From Promethearchaeota archaeon Loki_b31 (GTDB taxonomy: Archaea; Asgardarchaeota; Lokiarchaeia; Sigyniarchaeales; SOKP01), in the NCBI GenBank assembly GCA_005222975.1, contig NJBI01000003.1, positions 1 through 64,000 on the forward strand: a stretch of DNA of 64,000 nucleotides. The letters run 5' to 3'. The position numbers and the translations under genes are program-made. This document shows positions 16,962 through 28,145 of this stretch, in pieces (the first letter of the stretch is position 1; each line of letters starts with the position of its first letter). Under the pieces are notes generated by a model that saw only the letters and a list, made by a program, of their open reading frames with translations, was not told the origin of the DNA and searched no databases.

Positions 16962-19862
16962 GTGGTAAAATTTATGTATAGACCCCAAGAAATCGAAAAG
17001 AAATGGCAGGAAAAATGGGAACAAGCCAAAATTTTCGAAGCAAATCCAAATCCGGAGAAAAAGAAGATTTTTATAACATCTCCTTACCCATACGCTTCTG
17101 GGCCTTCACATATAGGCCATGGAAGGAGTTTTGTAAATGGAGATATATTTGCTAGGTATTATCGAGCTAAAGGGTATAACGTACTATATCCTATGGCTTT
17201 TCACATCACAGGTACTCCTGTTTTAGCAATCTCTTCTTCTATTGAAAGAAAGGATAAAGAGACTATAGAAAGGATGAAGGATTATGTATCTTTACACACT
17301 AAAAGTCGAGAAAAGGTAGGGAAGATTGTAGAAAGTTTTGTAGATCCTTGGAATATTGTCAACTATTTTTCTAAAACAATAAAAACTGATTTCAAATCGA
17401 TAGGAATGAGTTTAGATTGGAGAAGGGAATTTACTACGGGTGACAAGTTATATAACAAGCTGATTGAGTGGCAATATTACAAATTATCTGAGTTAGGGTA
17501 CTTGGAAAAAGGCGAATATCCCATTCTTTATTGTACGCGATGCGAAAATGCTGTAGGAGAGGACGATATAACAAGAGGAGACGAACTTGATTTGAACATA
17601 AACGAATACATTTGCATAAAATTTCCGTTTGAAGACGCTTATTTAGTACCTTCTACCTTAAGACCAGAAACTATATATGGTGCGACTAATCTATGGATAA
17701 ACCCAAATGGAATGTATGTTTACGCTAAAATCAACGGAGAGAAGTGGATTATTTCTGAAGATGCAACCAATCTTTTAAAAAATCAAAATAAAAATGTTAC
17801 CATACTTAAAAAAATTAAGGGAATGGAACTTATTGGTAAAAAGGTTAAGGCCATAGATGGAATCAGAGAGCTTTTAATATTACCAGGATATTTCGTAGAT
17901 ACTTCAGTAGCTACGGGCGTGGTCTACTCTGTGCCTGCTCATGCTCCTTATGACTACACCGCTTTAATTGATTTACAGAAAAATCATGAAATAATTAAAA
18001 AATTTAAATTAAACAAAGAAGAAATTAGTCAAATTAAGCCAATTCAAATTATAGATTTAGAAAGTTTCGATGAGATTCCAGCAAAAATTTATTGTGAAAA
18101 ATTTGGAGTTCAATCTCAAGAAGATATAGAGAAATTAGATAACGCAACTTCTGAAAATTATAAAATTGAATATTATAACGGCACTTTAAATGAAAAATGT
18201 GGAAAATACGAAGGAAAGCAGGTAAAAGAGGTAGTAGAGAATGTTATTGCGGAATTAATTGAGAGAAATAAGGCAGACAAATTGTACCTCCCAATTACTA
18301 AAAATCTTAAATGCAAGTGTGGAGAGCAGGTGATCGTCTCAATTTTGAAAGATCAATGGTTTCTAAATTTCAATGCGGGAAATTGGAAGCAGAAAGCATT
18401 TGAGTGCCTAAATAAAATGGAAATTGTCCCTAAAAAATATAGAATGAATTTTGAACATATATTTAATTGGTTAGAAAAGAGACCTTGTGCTAGAAAAAGA
18501 GGTTTAGGTACGAAACTTCCATTTGATAAAGATTGGATTATTGAATCATTAAGCGACTCTACAATATACATGAGCTTCTATACTATATTACATTTAATAA
18601 AAAAGAATAATATCAAATCAGAACAGCTTACACCAGAATTTTTTGACTATGTTTATTTAGATAAAGTTGATATCGTAGACTTGTCAAAAAAGACTAGCGT
18701 TGATTCGAAAGTATTGAAGCAAATGCAAGACGAATTTTCCTATTGGTATCCCGTTGATCATCGACACACAGCTATAATGCACATTTCTAATCATTTGAGT
18801 TTCTATATTTTCCATCATGTGGCTACATTTCCGGAAAAACTGTGGCCAAGAATTATTTCCCTTATCGAACCCGTAATTATAGAAGGTCAGAAAATGGGAA
18901 AGTCAAAAGGGAACGTTATTTCACTAGCAAACATTCAAACGAATTATTCCGCTGATTTATTTAGGTTTTATATATCTCACAGCGCAGATTTTGGAATAAG
19001 TGTAGATTGGAGGGAAAAACAAATACATACCGTAAAAAATCATATAAATCGATTTTACTCCTTTATCACAAAAAATATCAACAAGATAAATGATTATGAC
19101 GGAAAAATTGAAAATTTAAACGCGAAATATTCTAAGATTATCTTATCAAAATGTATAAGAAAATTTGTTGAAGCAGAAAGTGGATTGAAGGAACTCAATT
19201 TAAGAAAATACCTTCAATTATCATTTTACGAGGTTTTTAACTTATTACAAGAATTTAATAAGTACTCTAAAGATGAAAACGATCTAATAGAAGTATATAA
19301 GATTGTATTTCCTGAGTGGATCCAAATTCTTTCTTTAGCCATGCCTCACTTATGTGAAGAACTATGGGAATTGATGGGAAATACAGAGTTTTTATCAGAG
19401 ACTATTTGGGGTGATTTTAGCAGAAAGCACATAAATAACGAGCTCGAAAGAGAGTTTGAATATATTTCTAGTATTGTTGACGATATTTTAAACATAAAAA
19501 AAATTGTGAAATCTGGCGATTCAAGTAATATTTATTTATACACGGCTCCTAAATGGAAATACGAGGTTTATGATGTAATTATTTTAAAGAAGGGAAATTT
19601 CAAAGAAATTATAGATGAGTGTAAGCTCGATAATGGCTTAATGAAAAACAAAAATTTAATTTCATATATCAAAAACCAAATAAAAGATAGAATCTGGGAA
19701 AAGGAATTGATTAAGTTAAATGAGGAGGAACTTTTAGAAGAATACAAAGACCACATTGAAAAAAGGATAAACAACATAATAATTATTAATTCAGAATACG
19801 ATCCAAAAAACCGGTTGATAAAAGCTGTTCCTTATAGAGCAGCAATTTATATAGAAAATTAA
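16962..19862 (+). CDS. leuS: Leucine-tRNA ligase, archaeal/eukaryotic type
   Basis: HIGH, KMGKS, TLRPET editing-domain start, SVPAHAPYDY, WIIESLSDSTIYM. Confidence 0.97.
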   Translation: MVKFMYRPQEIEKKWQEKWEQAKIFEANPNPEKKKIFITSPYPYASGPSHIGHGRSFVNGDIFARYYRAKGYNVLYPMAFHITGTPVLAISSSIERKDKETIERMKDYVSLHTKSREKVGKIVESFVDPWNIVNYFSKTIKTDFKSIGMSLDWRREFTTGDKLYNKLIEWQYYKLSELGYLEKGEYPILYCTRCENAVGEDDITRGDELDLNINEYICIKFPFEDAYLVPSTLRPETIYGATNLWINPNGMYVYAKINGEKWIISEDATNLLKNQNKNVTILKKIKGMELIGKKVKAIDGIRELLILPGYFVDTSVATGVVYSVPAHAPYDYTALIDLQKNHEIIKKFKLNKEEISQIKPIQIIDLESFDEIPAKIYCEKFGVQSQEDIEKLDNATSENYKIEYYNGTLNEKCGKYEGKQVKEVVENVIAELIERNKADKLYLPITKNLKCKCGEQVIVSILKDQWFLNFNAGNWKQKAFECLNKMEIVPKKYRMNFEHIFNWLEKRPCARKRGLGTKLPFDKDWIIESLSDSTIYMSFYTILHLIKKNNIKSEQLTPEFFDYVYLDKVDIVDLSKKTSVDSKVLKQMQDEFSYWYPVDHRHTAIMHISNHLSFYIFHHVATFPEKLWPRIISLIEPVIIEGQKMGKSKGNVISLANIQTNYSADLFRFYISHSADFGISVDWREKQIHTVKNHINRFYSFITKNINKINDYDGKIENLNAKYSKIILSKCIRKFVEAESGLKELNLRKYLQLSFYEVFNLLQEFNKYSKDENDLIEVYKIVFPEWIQILSLAMPHLCEELWELMGNTEFLSETIWGDFSRKHINNELEREFEYISSIVDDILNIKKIVKSGDSSNIYLYTAPKWKYEVYDVIILKKGNFKEIIDECKLDNGLMKNKNLISYIKNQIKDRIWEKELIKLNEEELLEEYKDHIEKRINNIIIINSEYDPKNRLIKAVPYRAAIYIEN

Positions 19863-19981
19863 TATAACTAATTTTCCTTTTTTGAAAAATTAAATTATTT
19901 TAATTTAACAAAATTGTTAAATACTAATTTCTCTTAAACTATTATCTATAAACAAAATTTTAATAGAGGAATGAAAATAAA

Positions 19982-20581
19982 ATGAAAAAAAAAATTATTG
20001 TAGGTATTATTCTCCTCATAATTTGGGCTATATTTTATTGTTATGTAATCATTACTGGAGGTGTTGACATCAGTGTTAGTGTTTTGATTCATTATCTGGT
20101 TGGGATATTTGCAATTCCAGGTTATTTATGCCTGTATTATGGGCTTTCCTTACGAAATAGAGGTATTATGATATTTATTACAGGATTACTTTTAATCTTA
20201 CCTTGTGTAATATTCATCGCAATTTTACTAATTGACCCATTTTTAGCTTGGACAGATTTAATAATAGCTATATATACGATGTTTATTGTCATATGGATAC
20301 TATTTTTTATTCTTCCAAGCGTGTACATGATATCTTCTGGAAGGCTCCCGGATAACACAAAATACAATAAGAAAATACTGAGATATTATCTCGCTGCTAT
20401 AGGGACTATATTAGTGGGCATGTGGTTTTATCTGGGAATCTTTGGGTTGATTGCTGGATCGGCTGGTACGGATTTCAGGAGTTTCTTTTTCCAAAATATT
20501 TGGATTTCGATACTAATTGGCACTATCATAGGTCCAATTATTGTTTGTGTTGCATGGGAATTTCGTAGTTATCATTTTTAA
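19982..20581 (+). CDS. Hypothetical multi-pass membrane protein
   Basis: About 6 hydrophobic segments. Confidence 0.7.
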   Translation: MKKKIIVGIILLIIWAIFYCYVIITGGVDISVSVLIHYLVGIFAIPGYLCLYYGLSLRNRGIMIFITGLLLILPCVIFIAILLIDPFLAWTDLIIAIYTMFIVIWILFFILPSVYMISSGRLPDNTKYNKKILRYYLAAIGTILVGMWFYLGIFGLIAGSAGTDFRSFFFQNIWISILIGTIIGPIIVCVAWEFRSYHF

Positions 20582-20652
20582 TTTTGATTTAAATTAAGTA
20601 ATAAGTTAAATTATTATTTAATTTAAAAATTATTATAATTTAAACGAATTTT

Positions 20653-21561
20653 CTATATTTCTTCCAATCCATATACTTGCTTTGGAGTAAGATATTTAGG
20701 AAATTTATCTATTAAGGCTAAGCGTGTGAGAAAGCACAAATGACATTCATCTACATATGTATCTTTATGTTTAACTTCATATTCTTTTACTAATTGAGCA
20801 GGACCTCCTCGAATTAGAGGACCACATATAGGATGAGATTCTGCATGATAATTTTTTACCAATTCTGAAAGAGGGCTTTCCCAAAAATTACCTATACTTA
20901 AACCTTGACAAATTTGGGCGTTACCAAATGGATCAACATGTATTCTTCCAAGGCCCTCTAAATCTTCATAAGGACATTCGACCATTTCATTCCACGATCT
21001 TTGAGGTAAATTTTCAGTCAAAGTTTCAACAGCTCTTCCTCTGAACATAACACCACCACCTATTATTTGTTTTCCTTTTTCGTGCTCTTTTTCATTTCCC
21101 TTCTCAACTGTAGGTTCATTGATACTGATTGAAGATGTAGGAAGGTTTAATTTATCTGCTGCGCTTCTTGCTACTTTGGATAAGTTATCATCTTTATTTT
21201 CAAAATGAAATTCATCGTCACTTACAGTAAAATCCTTTACGCCTAAATCAGTAAGGGATTTAAGCCACACTTCTGCATCCTCAGTACAAGTTGCCCAATA
21301 AGAATTAGTTACAATTCCAATTTTAAATCCTTTTTTATTAGCGAGTTTAATCCCTTCAAGCATTATAGGATAAAACAGAAAAGGCTCTCCACCTTCAAAA
21401 TAAATCCATTCTATCGTGCCGATTTTAACAGATTCATCAAGAACTGCTCTAATTTGCTCTAAAGTGAAAGTTCCTTTAGAATGAGGGCTACAATACAAAA
21501 AGCAATGATCACATTCATAATTACATGTATAAGTTAGGAGAAAGTGAATACCATTTAGCAT
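20653..21561 (-). CDS. Radical SAM protein
   Basis: CNYECDHC, GGEPFL, and C-terminal Cys/His motifs (ICG, CHLC). Confidence 0.9.
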   Translation of the reverse strand: MLNGIHFLLTYTCNYECDHCFLYCSPHSKGTFTLEQIRAVLDESVKIGTIEWIYFEGGEPFLFYPIMLEGIKLANKKGFKIGIVTNSYWATCTEDAEVWLKSLTDLGVKDFTVSDDEFHFENKDDNLSKVARSAADKLNLPTSSISINEPTVEKGNEKEHEKGKQIIGGGVMFRGRAVETLTENLPQRSWNEMVECPYEDLEGLGRIHVDPFGNAQICQGLSIGNFWESPLSELVKNYHAESHPICGPLIRGGPAQLVKEYEVKHKDTYVDECHLCFLTRLALIDKFPKYLTPKQVYGLEEI

Positions 21562-21678
21562 GCTAGTTTCCCTTTAATTAAGATTTTGAGTAAATATCCA
21601 ATTTTACTTAGTATTAAAATAAAGTTAATTAATAAAAATACATTAGATTCTATAAAATTTCATAAGAAGTGAAGATTA

Positions 21679-23025
21679 ATGGCAGACCTAGTAAGTATGT
21701 ATGAAAAATATTTTAAAGACCCAAAACGGGAACCCGTCTTAGTTGATTACGTGCGAACGCCAATAGGGCGGAGAAAAGGAACTATAGGCCGTCATAGAGG
21801 CGATGATTTAGTTGTACATTGTTATCACACCATTCTAAATCGTATCGATTTTGACGTAAATATAATTGGGGATTCAATTATATCTTGCAATAGTCAAATT
21901 GGAGATTGTGCCTTGGATATTGGAAGAACTGCTGCTTTAGCTGCTCATCTACCAGTAAAAGTGCCCGGAATGACAATCAATCGTCAATGTGCTAGCGGTG
22001 CTCAATCAGTTATGTCTGCTTGGCAGGCGATTGCCTCAGGGATACACGATTGCGTTATTTGTGGGGGTGTTGAGGTGCAAAACCGATATCCAATTATGTC
22101 TGACGCTATTATTTTTGATAAGGAACAAAATAAAACAGTAATGATAGCGCCAAATAAGAAGATTTTAACTAACCCCGAAGTAGCTGAGAAGTTAAAAGAA
22201 TATAAAACTTCATTTGCGGGCCAGATTAATTCTGCCCACGATTTAGGATTCCATTGGATGAAAAAATCTGGAAAAACTTTGGAAGAATTTAGACTTGAAT
22301 TAGATAGTCTATCTTTTGCCTCACATAAAAAAGCTCTTACTACTTGGGATGAAAGAGGAAAAGAAATTGAGCCGATTTGGTGTCCCAAGCTTGACGAAAA
22401 TGGAAAACACATATTAGACGAAAAAAACGAAGTTGCTGAAGATCCAAGTTTATCCGTATTGACCAAGAAAGACGAAGCGCCACGCCCAAATTCCACCATG
22501 GAAAAATTAGCAACTTTAAGAACGATAATCGGAAGAAAAAGCAAAGCCTTTTTAACCGCAGGTAATAGTTGCCCAACTAGCGATGGTGCGGCGGTACAAC
22601 TGTGGATGACGCGTGAATTAGCCGAAGAATCTGGATTAAATATTAGGGCTACAATCGTAAATTATTTTGTGCTTGGAACCGATCCTATTTTACAACTAAC
22701 AGGGCCAATAGATGCCATGCCTGAAGTTTTGAAAAGAGCAAACATGACCTTTGATGATATGAGTTTTATAGAAATCAACGAAGCCTTTAGCCCTGTAATT
22801 TATGCAAGTTGTTATGAACTTGGGTTAGATTGGAAAGACCCTCGATTTAATCCCTGGGGAGGCGCGATTGCATTAGGGCATCCTACAGGAGCGACGGGTA
22901 CAAGATTAATTGGTACAAACATTCATCAATTAGAGCAGTCTGGAAAAGAATTTGCCATTAGTTCAATGTGTGTTGGTCTCGGAATGGGTGCCGCAACCAT
23001 CGTAAGAAATGAGCATCCTAAATAA
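21679..23025 (+). CDS. Thiolase (acetyl-CoA C-acyltransferase)
   Basis: NRQCASG, NEAF, GGAIALGHPTGATG, MCVGLGMG. Confidence 0.93.
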   Translation: MADLVSMYEKYFKDPKREPVLVDYVRTPIGRRKGTIGRHRGDDLVVHCYHTILNRIDFDVNIIGDSIISCNSQIGDCALDIGRTAALAAHLPVKVPGMTINRQCASGAQSVMSAWQAIASGIHDCVICGGVEVQNRYPIMSDAIIFDKEQNKTVMIAPNKKILTNPEVAEKLKEYKTSFAGQINSAHDLGFHWMKKSGKTLEEFRLELDSLSFASHKKALTTWDERGKEIEPIWCPKLDENGKHILDEKNEVAEDPSLSVLTKKDEAPRPNSTMEKLATLRTIIGRKSKAFLTAGNSCPTSDGAAVQLWMTRELAEESGLNIRATIVNYFVLGTDPILQLTGPIDAMPEVLKRANMTFDDMSFIEINEAFSPVIYASCYELGLDWKDPRFNPWGGAIALGHPTGATGTRLIGTNIHQLEQSGKEFAISSMCVGLGMGAATIVRNEHPK

Positions 23026-23138
23026 AAATTTATATTGCTATTTTTTTTTATTTTATTTTAATAAATTTCACTAGTATTAAACTTATTATTTAATAAAAGC
23101 AAAATGTATCATAATTCATCTTAAATGTAAAAAAAAAT

Positions 23139-24371
23139 ATGTTAACTATGAACAATGTAGCGATAATAGGAGTAGGCCACACAAAATTCGGAAGATTAAT
23201 AGACAAGGGTTTAATGGATTTACTCTGTGAAGCATCGTTAGAAGCGCTCGATAACTCAAATACGAGTGAAAAAGATTTTAATTCCGTTTATGTGGGTGCG
23301 ATGAGCCCAGGACAATTTAATCAGATTTCTGGCGTTGCGAGTGCTCTTGTAGACAGGATAAGCCTATTACCCGCTGCAGCCGATCATATAAAGAACGGTC
23401 CTGCGAGTGGAGGGTCTGCTGTAAAAGCTGGTTTTCAAGCAATTGCTTCTGGTATGAGTGATTTAGTTTTAGTTGTTGGGGGTGAGAAGATGACGCATAT
23501 TACTACGCCAGGAGCAATAACTACTAATGTAGCAACTATAACTCATCACGAAGCAGAAAGACGCCATGGTGTTTCACTCCCTTCTCTTGCTGGCTTATTA
23601 ACGCGAACATACCTCGAGAAGTATAACGCTAAATTGGAATGGCTTTCAGATATCGCAATTAAGAACCATAAAAATGGTGCTTTAAACCCTGTAGCACATT
23701 TTCAAAAAACTATAGACGAGTTCATGGAGAGTGCTATTCGAAAAGGAAAGGGAAATTGGGATAATATTTATGATTACCTTAAGAACGATAAGACAAACCC
23801 AATAATCGCTGATCCACTAAGACTTTTTCATATTTGCCCTATTTCAGATGGAGCAGCTGCCTTAGTATTATGTAAAGTAGAAATTGCAAAGCAATATTGC
23901 GACACTCCTATTCTGATTACTGGTATAGGTCAAGCAACTGATACACACATAGTTCACGAAAGAGAAGACCTTACCGTATTGAAAGCTTTGAGAATTTGTT
24001 CTGATCAGGCTTATAAAATGGCTAAAAAGTCTCCAGAGGATATTGATGTTGCTGAGCTTCACGATGCTTTCGAGATTCTTGAAGCTGTGGAAAGCGAAGA
24101 CATTGGCTTTTTTAAAAAAGGGGAAGGCGCTAAAGCAGCACACGATGGTTTGACTGAAATTGGCGGAAAAATTCCAATAAATCCTTCTGGTGGCTTAAAA
24201 GCAAGAGGACATCCACTTGGTGCTACCGGCGTTGCTCAAGTAGTTGAATTAGTTTGGCAATTAAGAGGTGAAGCTGGAAAAAGACAAGTCGCAGGTGCTG
24301 AAACAGGAATTACCTGTAATTTCGGAGGATTTGGGAATAACATTATTTCAATCTTGGTAGAAAGAATGTGA
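23139..24371 (+). CDS. SCP2-type thiolase-domain protein
   Basis: CPISDGAAA, ELHDAF, NPSGGLKARGHPLGATG, NFGG. Confidence 0.9.
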   Translation: MLTMNNVAIIGVGHTKFGRLIDKGLMDLLCEASLEALDNSNTSEKDFNSVYVGAMSPGQFNQISGVASALVDRISLLPAAADHIKNGPASGGSAVKAGFQAIASGMSDLVLVVGGEKMTHITTPGAITTNVATITHHEAERRHGVSLPSLAGLLTRTYLEKYNAKLEWLSDIAIKNHKNGALNPVAHFQKTIDEFMESAIRKGKGNWDNIYDYLKNDKTNPIIADPLRLFHICPISDGAAALVLCKVEIAKQYCDTPILITGIGQATDTHIVHEREDLTVLKALRICSDQAYKMAKKSPEDIDVAELHDAFEILEAVESEDIGFFKKGEGAKAAHDGLTEIGGKIPINPSGGLKARGHPLGATGVAQVVELVWQLRGEAGKRQVAGAETGITCNFGGFGNNIISILVERM

Positions 24372-24630
24372 TTTTTTGTTAAAATATGAAGTCGTCAATT
24401 ACTATACTATCTGTTTTAACGAAATAAATCTTAGACTCAATTCTAATTTATTAGCTTTATAACAATGGATATTATCCACGGTTAAACCAATATTAAAAAA
24501 CATTCTTTTTATCTATTCTATTTTGTTTTAGATTTGATATTTAATTTTGTATTCAAGATTCATAGAAACTAAAATTTTAAATTAAAATAAATCTAATCTT
24601 AATTTAATAATTTGAAATCTACTTGAAAAA

Positions 24631-25188
24631 TTGATGAAAGAATCTCAAAAATTCAGATTTAAGGTTATTGTTATAGGGGATGGTACCGTAGGAAAAACTT
24701 CCTTGATTAAGAAATTCACGAAAGGTTCATTTCAAAAAGAGTATATTAAGACTTTAGGTGCGCAATTTTCTAAGTTCGAGGCAGAAATTAGTGGAGATCC
24801 TATTAAATTAGTATTTTGGGATATAGCTGGCCAAGATGTTTTCAGTTTTTTACATCCTACTTTTTATAGGGAAAGTTTCGCAGCAATTATTGTGTATAGT
24901 CTCGAAGAAAATAATGTAGGCAAACGAAGCTTTGAACATATTACAGATTGGCATGAAGATATAAAAAAATACTGCGGAGATATTCCTATTGTTATGTTTG
25001 CGAATAAGGTCGATTTAATTGAGGAAAACAATTTGGATAAAATGGACATTCAAGAGGTTGTAAAAGAAAGAGATTTTCTCGGATATTACTTAACATCAGC
25101 AAAAACAGGGCAAGGAGTTCACGAGGCTTTCAATGTTATCATTAATGAACTACATTCTAAATATAAAGCATTATCTTCAGAATTATAA
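24631..25188 (+). CDS. Rab/Ras-like small GTPase
   Basis: G1 GDGTVGKT, G2 YIKTLG, G3 WDIAGQ, G4 NKVD, G5 TSAK. No CAAX motif. Confidence 0.93.
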   Translation: MMKESQKFRFKVIVIGDGTVGKTSLIKKFTKGSFQKEYIKTLGAQFSKFEAEISGDPIKLVFWDIAGQDVFSFLHPTFYRESFAAIIVYSLEENNVGKRSFEHITDWHEDIKKYCGDIPIVMFANKVDLIEENNLDKMDIQEVVKERDFLGYYLTSAKTGQGVHEAFNVIINELHSKYKALSSEL

Positions 25189-25218
25189 TTTTTTTATTAA
25201 TTATTAAATAAAGAGAAC

Positions 25219-27126
25219 TTACTTCATCTCAGCAAGAAAGAGATCTGCGATTATAAGCCATTTTTGTTTTGTATCGGGATCAATTGAGCTTTTATTTACA
25301 ATATCTTTCCCTTTTTTAAGATTTTTAACTGCTAAATCATGGTTTCCAAGCGCTTTATAACAAATTCCCATTTTAATATATGTTTGGTAAATATACCACT
25401 CATCGCTGCTCATTACAAGTGCTTTTAAGAATCTTTTTACAGCTTCTTCATATTCTTCAGAATGCATTAAAATTTCTCCGTAATTGTCATGATAAATTCC
25501 TATATCTGGTTCACCCTCTATAAGTTTTTGAATAATTTCTAAGGATTCATCTTTTTTATCCATGTATTGGAACCAATAAGCCTTATAGCTAAGAAGTTCC
25601 TTATTTTTTGGATACTTTTTAAGTAAATCTTCGATAATATCTAATCCTGCTCTTAGATTCCTCTTTCTTTTAAGAATAGATGCCTTTTTCATCATAATAT
25701 CTATTTCATCTTCAGGAAACGCTTTTAACGTATTATCTAATACCCTTAATACTTCATTATATTGGTTAAAGTAAATTAAAATTTTAATTTTTGATTTATA
25801 TAAATCAATATTCATAGGATTTAACTCAATTTCCCTATCAATTTCTTTAACTTCTTCTTCATATTGACTTTTTAAATCTTCAGAAATTGGGGAATCAAAA
25901 ATTTCTGCCAAATCCTGCCAAATTAATCCTTCTAATTTATCATAAGTATCTTTTAACTCCCTTTTAGTCTTAAACTTATATGCTAAATATTTAATATATC
26001 CCGGTAACAATTCTCGTAATGATTCTTTAAAATCTTTATTGAATAAGAAAATACATATCTCATCTAAAATCTGATTTATAATAGAATTACTATCGTATTT
26101 GGTCAGGTCATCATCCGGTTTCGAAAAGAGTTTATTTAAATATGTAAATTTGTTAATATAGTTTTCTGTAATAACCTGAAACATTCTTTCCAATTTTCCA
26201 TCCGATTGAAAGTAATAAACTCCACCTGAAGGGCCTGTTAATTTAAAAAATTTGAATGGATATATTTTACCTTCAGAAATTTCATCAATATAATAATCAA
26301 GAGTAATTTTTTTAATTTTATACTTTTTTGAGAAATTTTCAGGCGATATGAAGTTAGGATATTGCTCTGGATGATTAATTGAAATAAAAAGTAAGATTTT
26401 GTAGAAAACTTCCTCATCTTTTAATAATGGTTTTACTTTTTCATAATCTAATTTTAGAATATTAGTAAGAAATCTAAATTGTATATCTTCATCTTTAATA
26501 TTGTAATTCTCAAAAAATTGGATGGTTTTATTAGTAATCTCTTCAATTCGTTTACCCTCCTCTTCTAAAATAGTTTGTCTATCTAAATCATAATTTTGAA
26601 GCATCCTTGAATATTCTGATTTACCTGCTCGGGTAATTACATATTTTCCATCCTCTTTTATTACAAAACCCCTTTCGATTAATAAACTCAAATTTTTTGA
26701 CAATGAAGATTGATTTATGGACAATGGTTCTTCAAGGAAATCAGACCTTTTGCAATAATTATTATTGTAAACCATCCATAGAATCCAATGGGAATAATTC
26801 CTACCGCTTTTTAAAATGATTTTAGGCGGATAACTCAACTTTCGTTCCTTTTTTCCTATTTGGGATAAGTCATTAAATTTCTTTTTCCCTTTTGGAGTTA
26901 TTCTATATTGTCCTCTTGCAAACTTCTCAATAAATCCTTTAAAAATTAATTTTGTGAAATGACGTGATAATGTAGAAATGGGAATTTCAATTGGTTGTTG
27001 CTCAAAATTAGACCATTCACAACTTTCATTATTTGCCAGCATCCAAAGAATTATATGGTCATAATTCTTTCTTTGCAGTTTCGAGGGGTTAAGAATCTCA
27101 TCAGAGGGGTAATTTAGTTTTCCCAT
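25219..27126 (-). CDS. Tandem winged-helix plus C-terminal TPR protein (putative regulator)
   Basis: Two repeats NY.H.ILWM..NN..C..S.F...P..I..S.LS.....LI.KGF......Y.IT..GK, followed by TPR-like helices. Confidence 0.75.
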   Translation of the reverse strand: MGKLNYPSDEILNPSKLQRKNYDHIILWMLANNESCEWSNFEQQPIEIPISTLSRHFTKLIFKGFIEKFARGQYRITPKGKKKFNDLSQIGKKERKLSYPPKIILKSGRNYSHWILWMVYNNNYCKRSDFLEEPLSINQSSLSKNLSLLIERGFVIKEDGKYVITRAGKSEYSRMLQNYDLDRQTILEEEGKRIEEITNKTIQFFENYNIKDEDIQFRFLTNILKLDYEKVKPLLKDEEVFYKILLFISINHPEQYPNFISPENFSKKYKIKKITLDYYIDEISEGKIYPFKFFKLTGPSGGVYYFQSDGKLERMFQVITENYINKFTYLNKLFSKPDDDLTKYDSNSIINQILDEICIFLFNKDFKESLRELLPGYIKYLAYKFKTKRELKDTYDKLEGLIWQDLAEIFDSPISEDLKSQYEEEVKEIDREIELNPMNIDLYKSKIKILIYFNQYNEVLRVLDNTLKAFPEDEIDIMMKKASILKRKRNLRAGLDIIEDLLKKYPKNKELLSYKAYWFQYMDKKDESLEIIQKLIEGEPDIGIYHDNYGEILMHSEEYEEAVKRFLKALVMSSDEWYIYQTYIKMGICYKALGNHDLAVKNLKKGKDIVNKSSIDPDTKQKWLIIADLFLAEMK

Positions 27127-27201
27127 TTTCTAAATAAATAAAATGTTATTTTCGATACGTATAAATTGGGAACATTTCTATTTATACCTATTTTTCAAAA
27201 C

Positions 27202-27245
27202 TTCCACATATTTTCGGAATTTTCAAGGAATTGCCGAAAGTGGAA
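27202..27245. promoter_or_regulatory. Imperfect inverted repeat in a divergent promoter region
   Basis: TTCCAC..TTTCGG AATT...AATT.CCGAAA GTGGAA. Confidence 0.5.
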
Positions 27246-27273
27246 CTATATATGGATAGATATCTACATTTTT

Positions 27274-27312
27274 CATTGATCATCATTTTGATGATAAAAC
27301 TAGAATAAAAAA
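27274..27312 (+). promoter_or_regulatory. Putative operator, copy 1 (ATCATCA-N3-TGATGAT)
   Basis: Perfect inverted repeat at 27279-27295 inside a 39-bp block that recurs at 28099-28137. Confidence 0.65.
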
Positions 27313-27362
27313 TTAAAAAAAAAGAGTTGAATAAAAAAGGAATATTTGAGGTGTAAATCATA

Positions 27363-28028
27363 GTGATAAAGAAATTAAAAGCGACTAAAACACTTATCGT
27401 AGCATCATTTTTCATAACTATTATAGCAATTGTTACACCGGTGATGGCGGCTGAACCTGATCGCATCTTAATCATGGCAACAGGGGATGACTTAGATATC
27501 TCTGGAGCTACTAATTTGATCATAGGGAATATTGAATTAGGTGGAGGCGGTGAGCTCCCCTCTGCACAAGTATTTTTCCATCAAAAAATCTATGATGAAT
27601 CAGGGGAAAAAGTGTATACGATGAAAGGAATGCTCAAAGATGGATTAGTTCTAAAGACCGATCATTATTTTTATTGCCCAGTCTTTAATGTCTGGTTTAT
27701 TAACGTTTGGTTGGTCATGGGTGAGGGAAAGTTTAAAACTACTGATACCGATTTCGAGGTATTTTTTCGAAAGTTGTTTCCAATAATCATGCCAAATACT
27801 GAAGGTAAATACGTTTCAGCAAATATTTTAATGTTTCTAAGCCCTACTGCTGAATATTGTTTAGAAGATCCCGGAACATATCCCCCAGGAACTTATCCTC
27901 CAGTTTTTATTTTGCCAGAAGGAGGATGGGTCCTTGCTGCAGTTATATGGGAAGTTGAAACGCCTATGGGTCCAATGGAATTGCCGATCGGTCCAATATC
28001 CTATTTGACAAAATACATGGAATATTAA
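27363..28028 (+). CDS. Hypothetical secreted protein
   Basis: Signal-peptide-like N-terminus ending TPVMA-AE. Short PGTYP repeat. Confidence 0.7.
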   Translation: MIKKLKATKTLIVASFFITIIAIVTPVMAAEPDRILIMATGDDLDISGATNLIIGNIELGGGGELPSAQVFFHQKIYDESGEKVYTMKGMLKDGLVLKTDHYFYCPVFNVWFINVWLVMGEGKFKTTDTDFEVFFRKLFPIIMPNTEGKYVSANILMFLSPTAEYCLEDPGTYPPGTYPPVFILPEGGWVLAAVIWEVETPMGPMELPIGPISYLTKYMEY

Positions 28029-28098
28029 GACCCATAAGACTAAATTAATCGTAACAGAATAAGAAATATATTCTAAAATCTTTTTTTTTTTAAAAACA

Positions 28099-28137
28099 CA
28101 TTGACCATCAATTTGATGATAGAATTAAAATAAAAAA
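28099..28137 (+). promoter_or_regulatory. Putative operator, copy 2 (ACCATCA-N3-TGATGAT)
   Basis: About 34/39 identical to 27274-27312. Confidence 0.65.
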
Positions 28138-28145
28138 CAATTGAG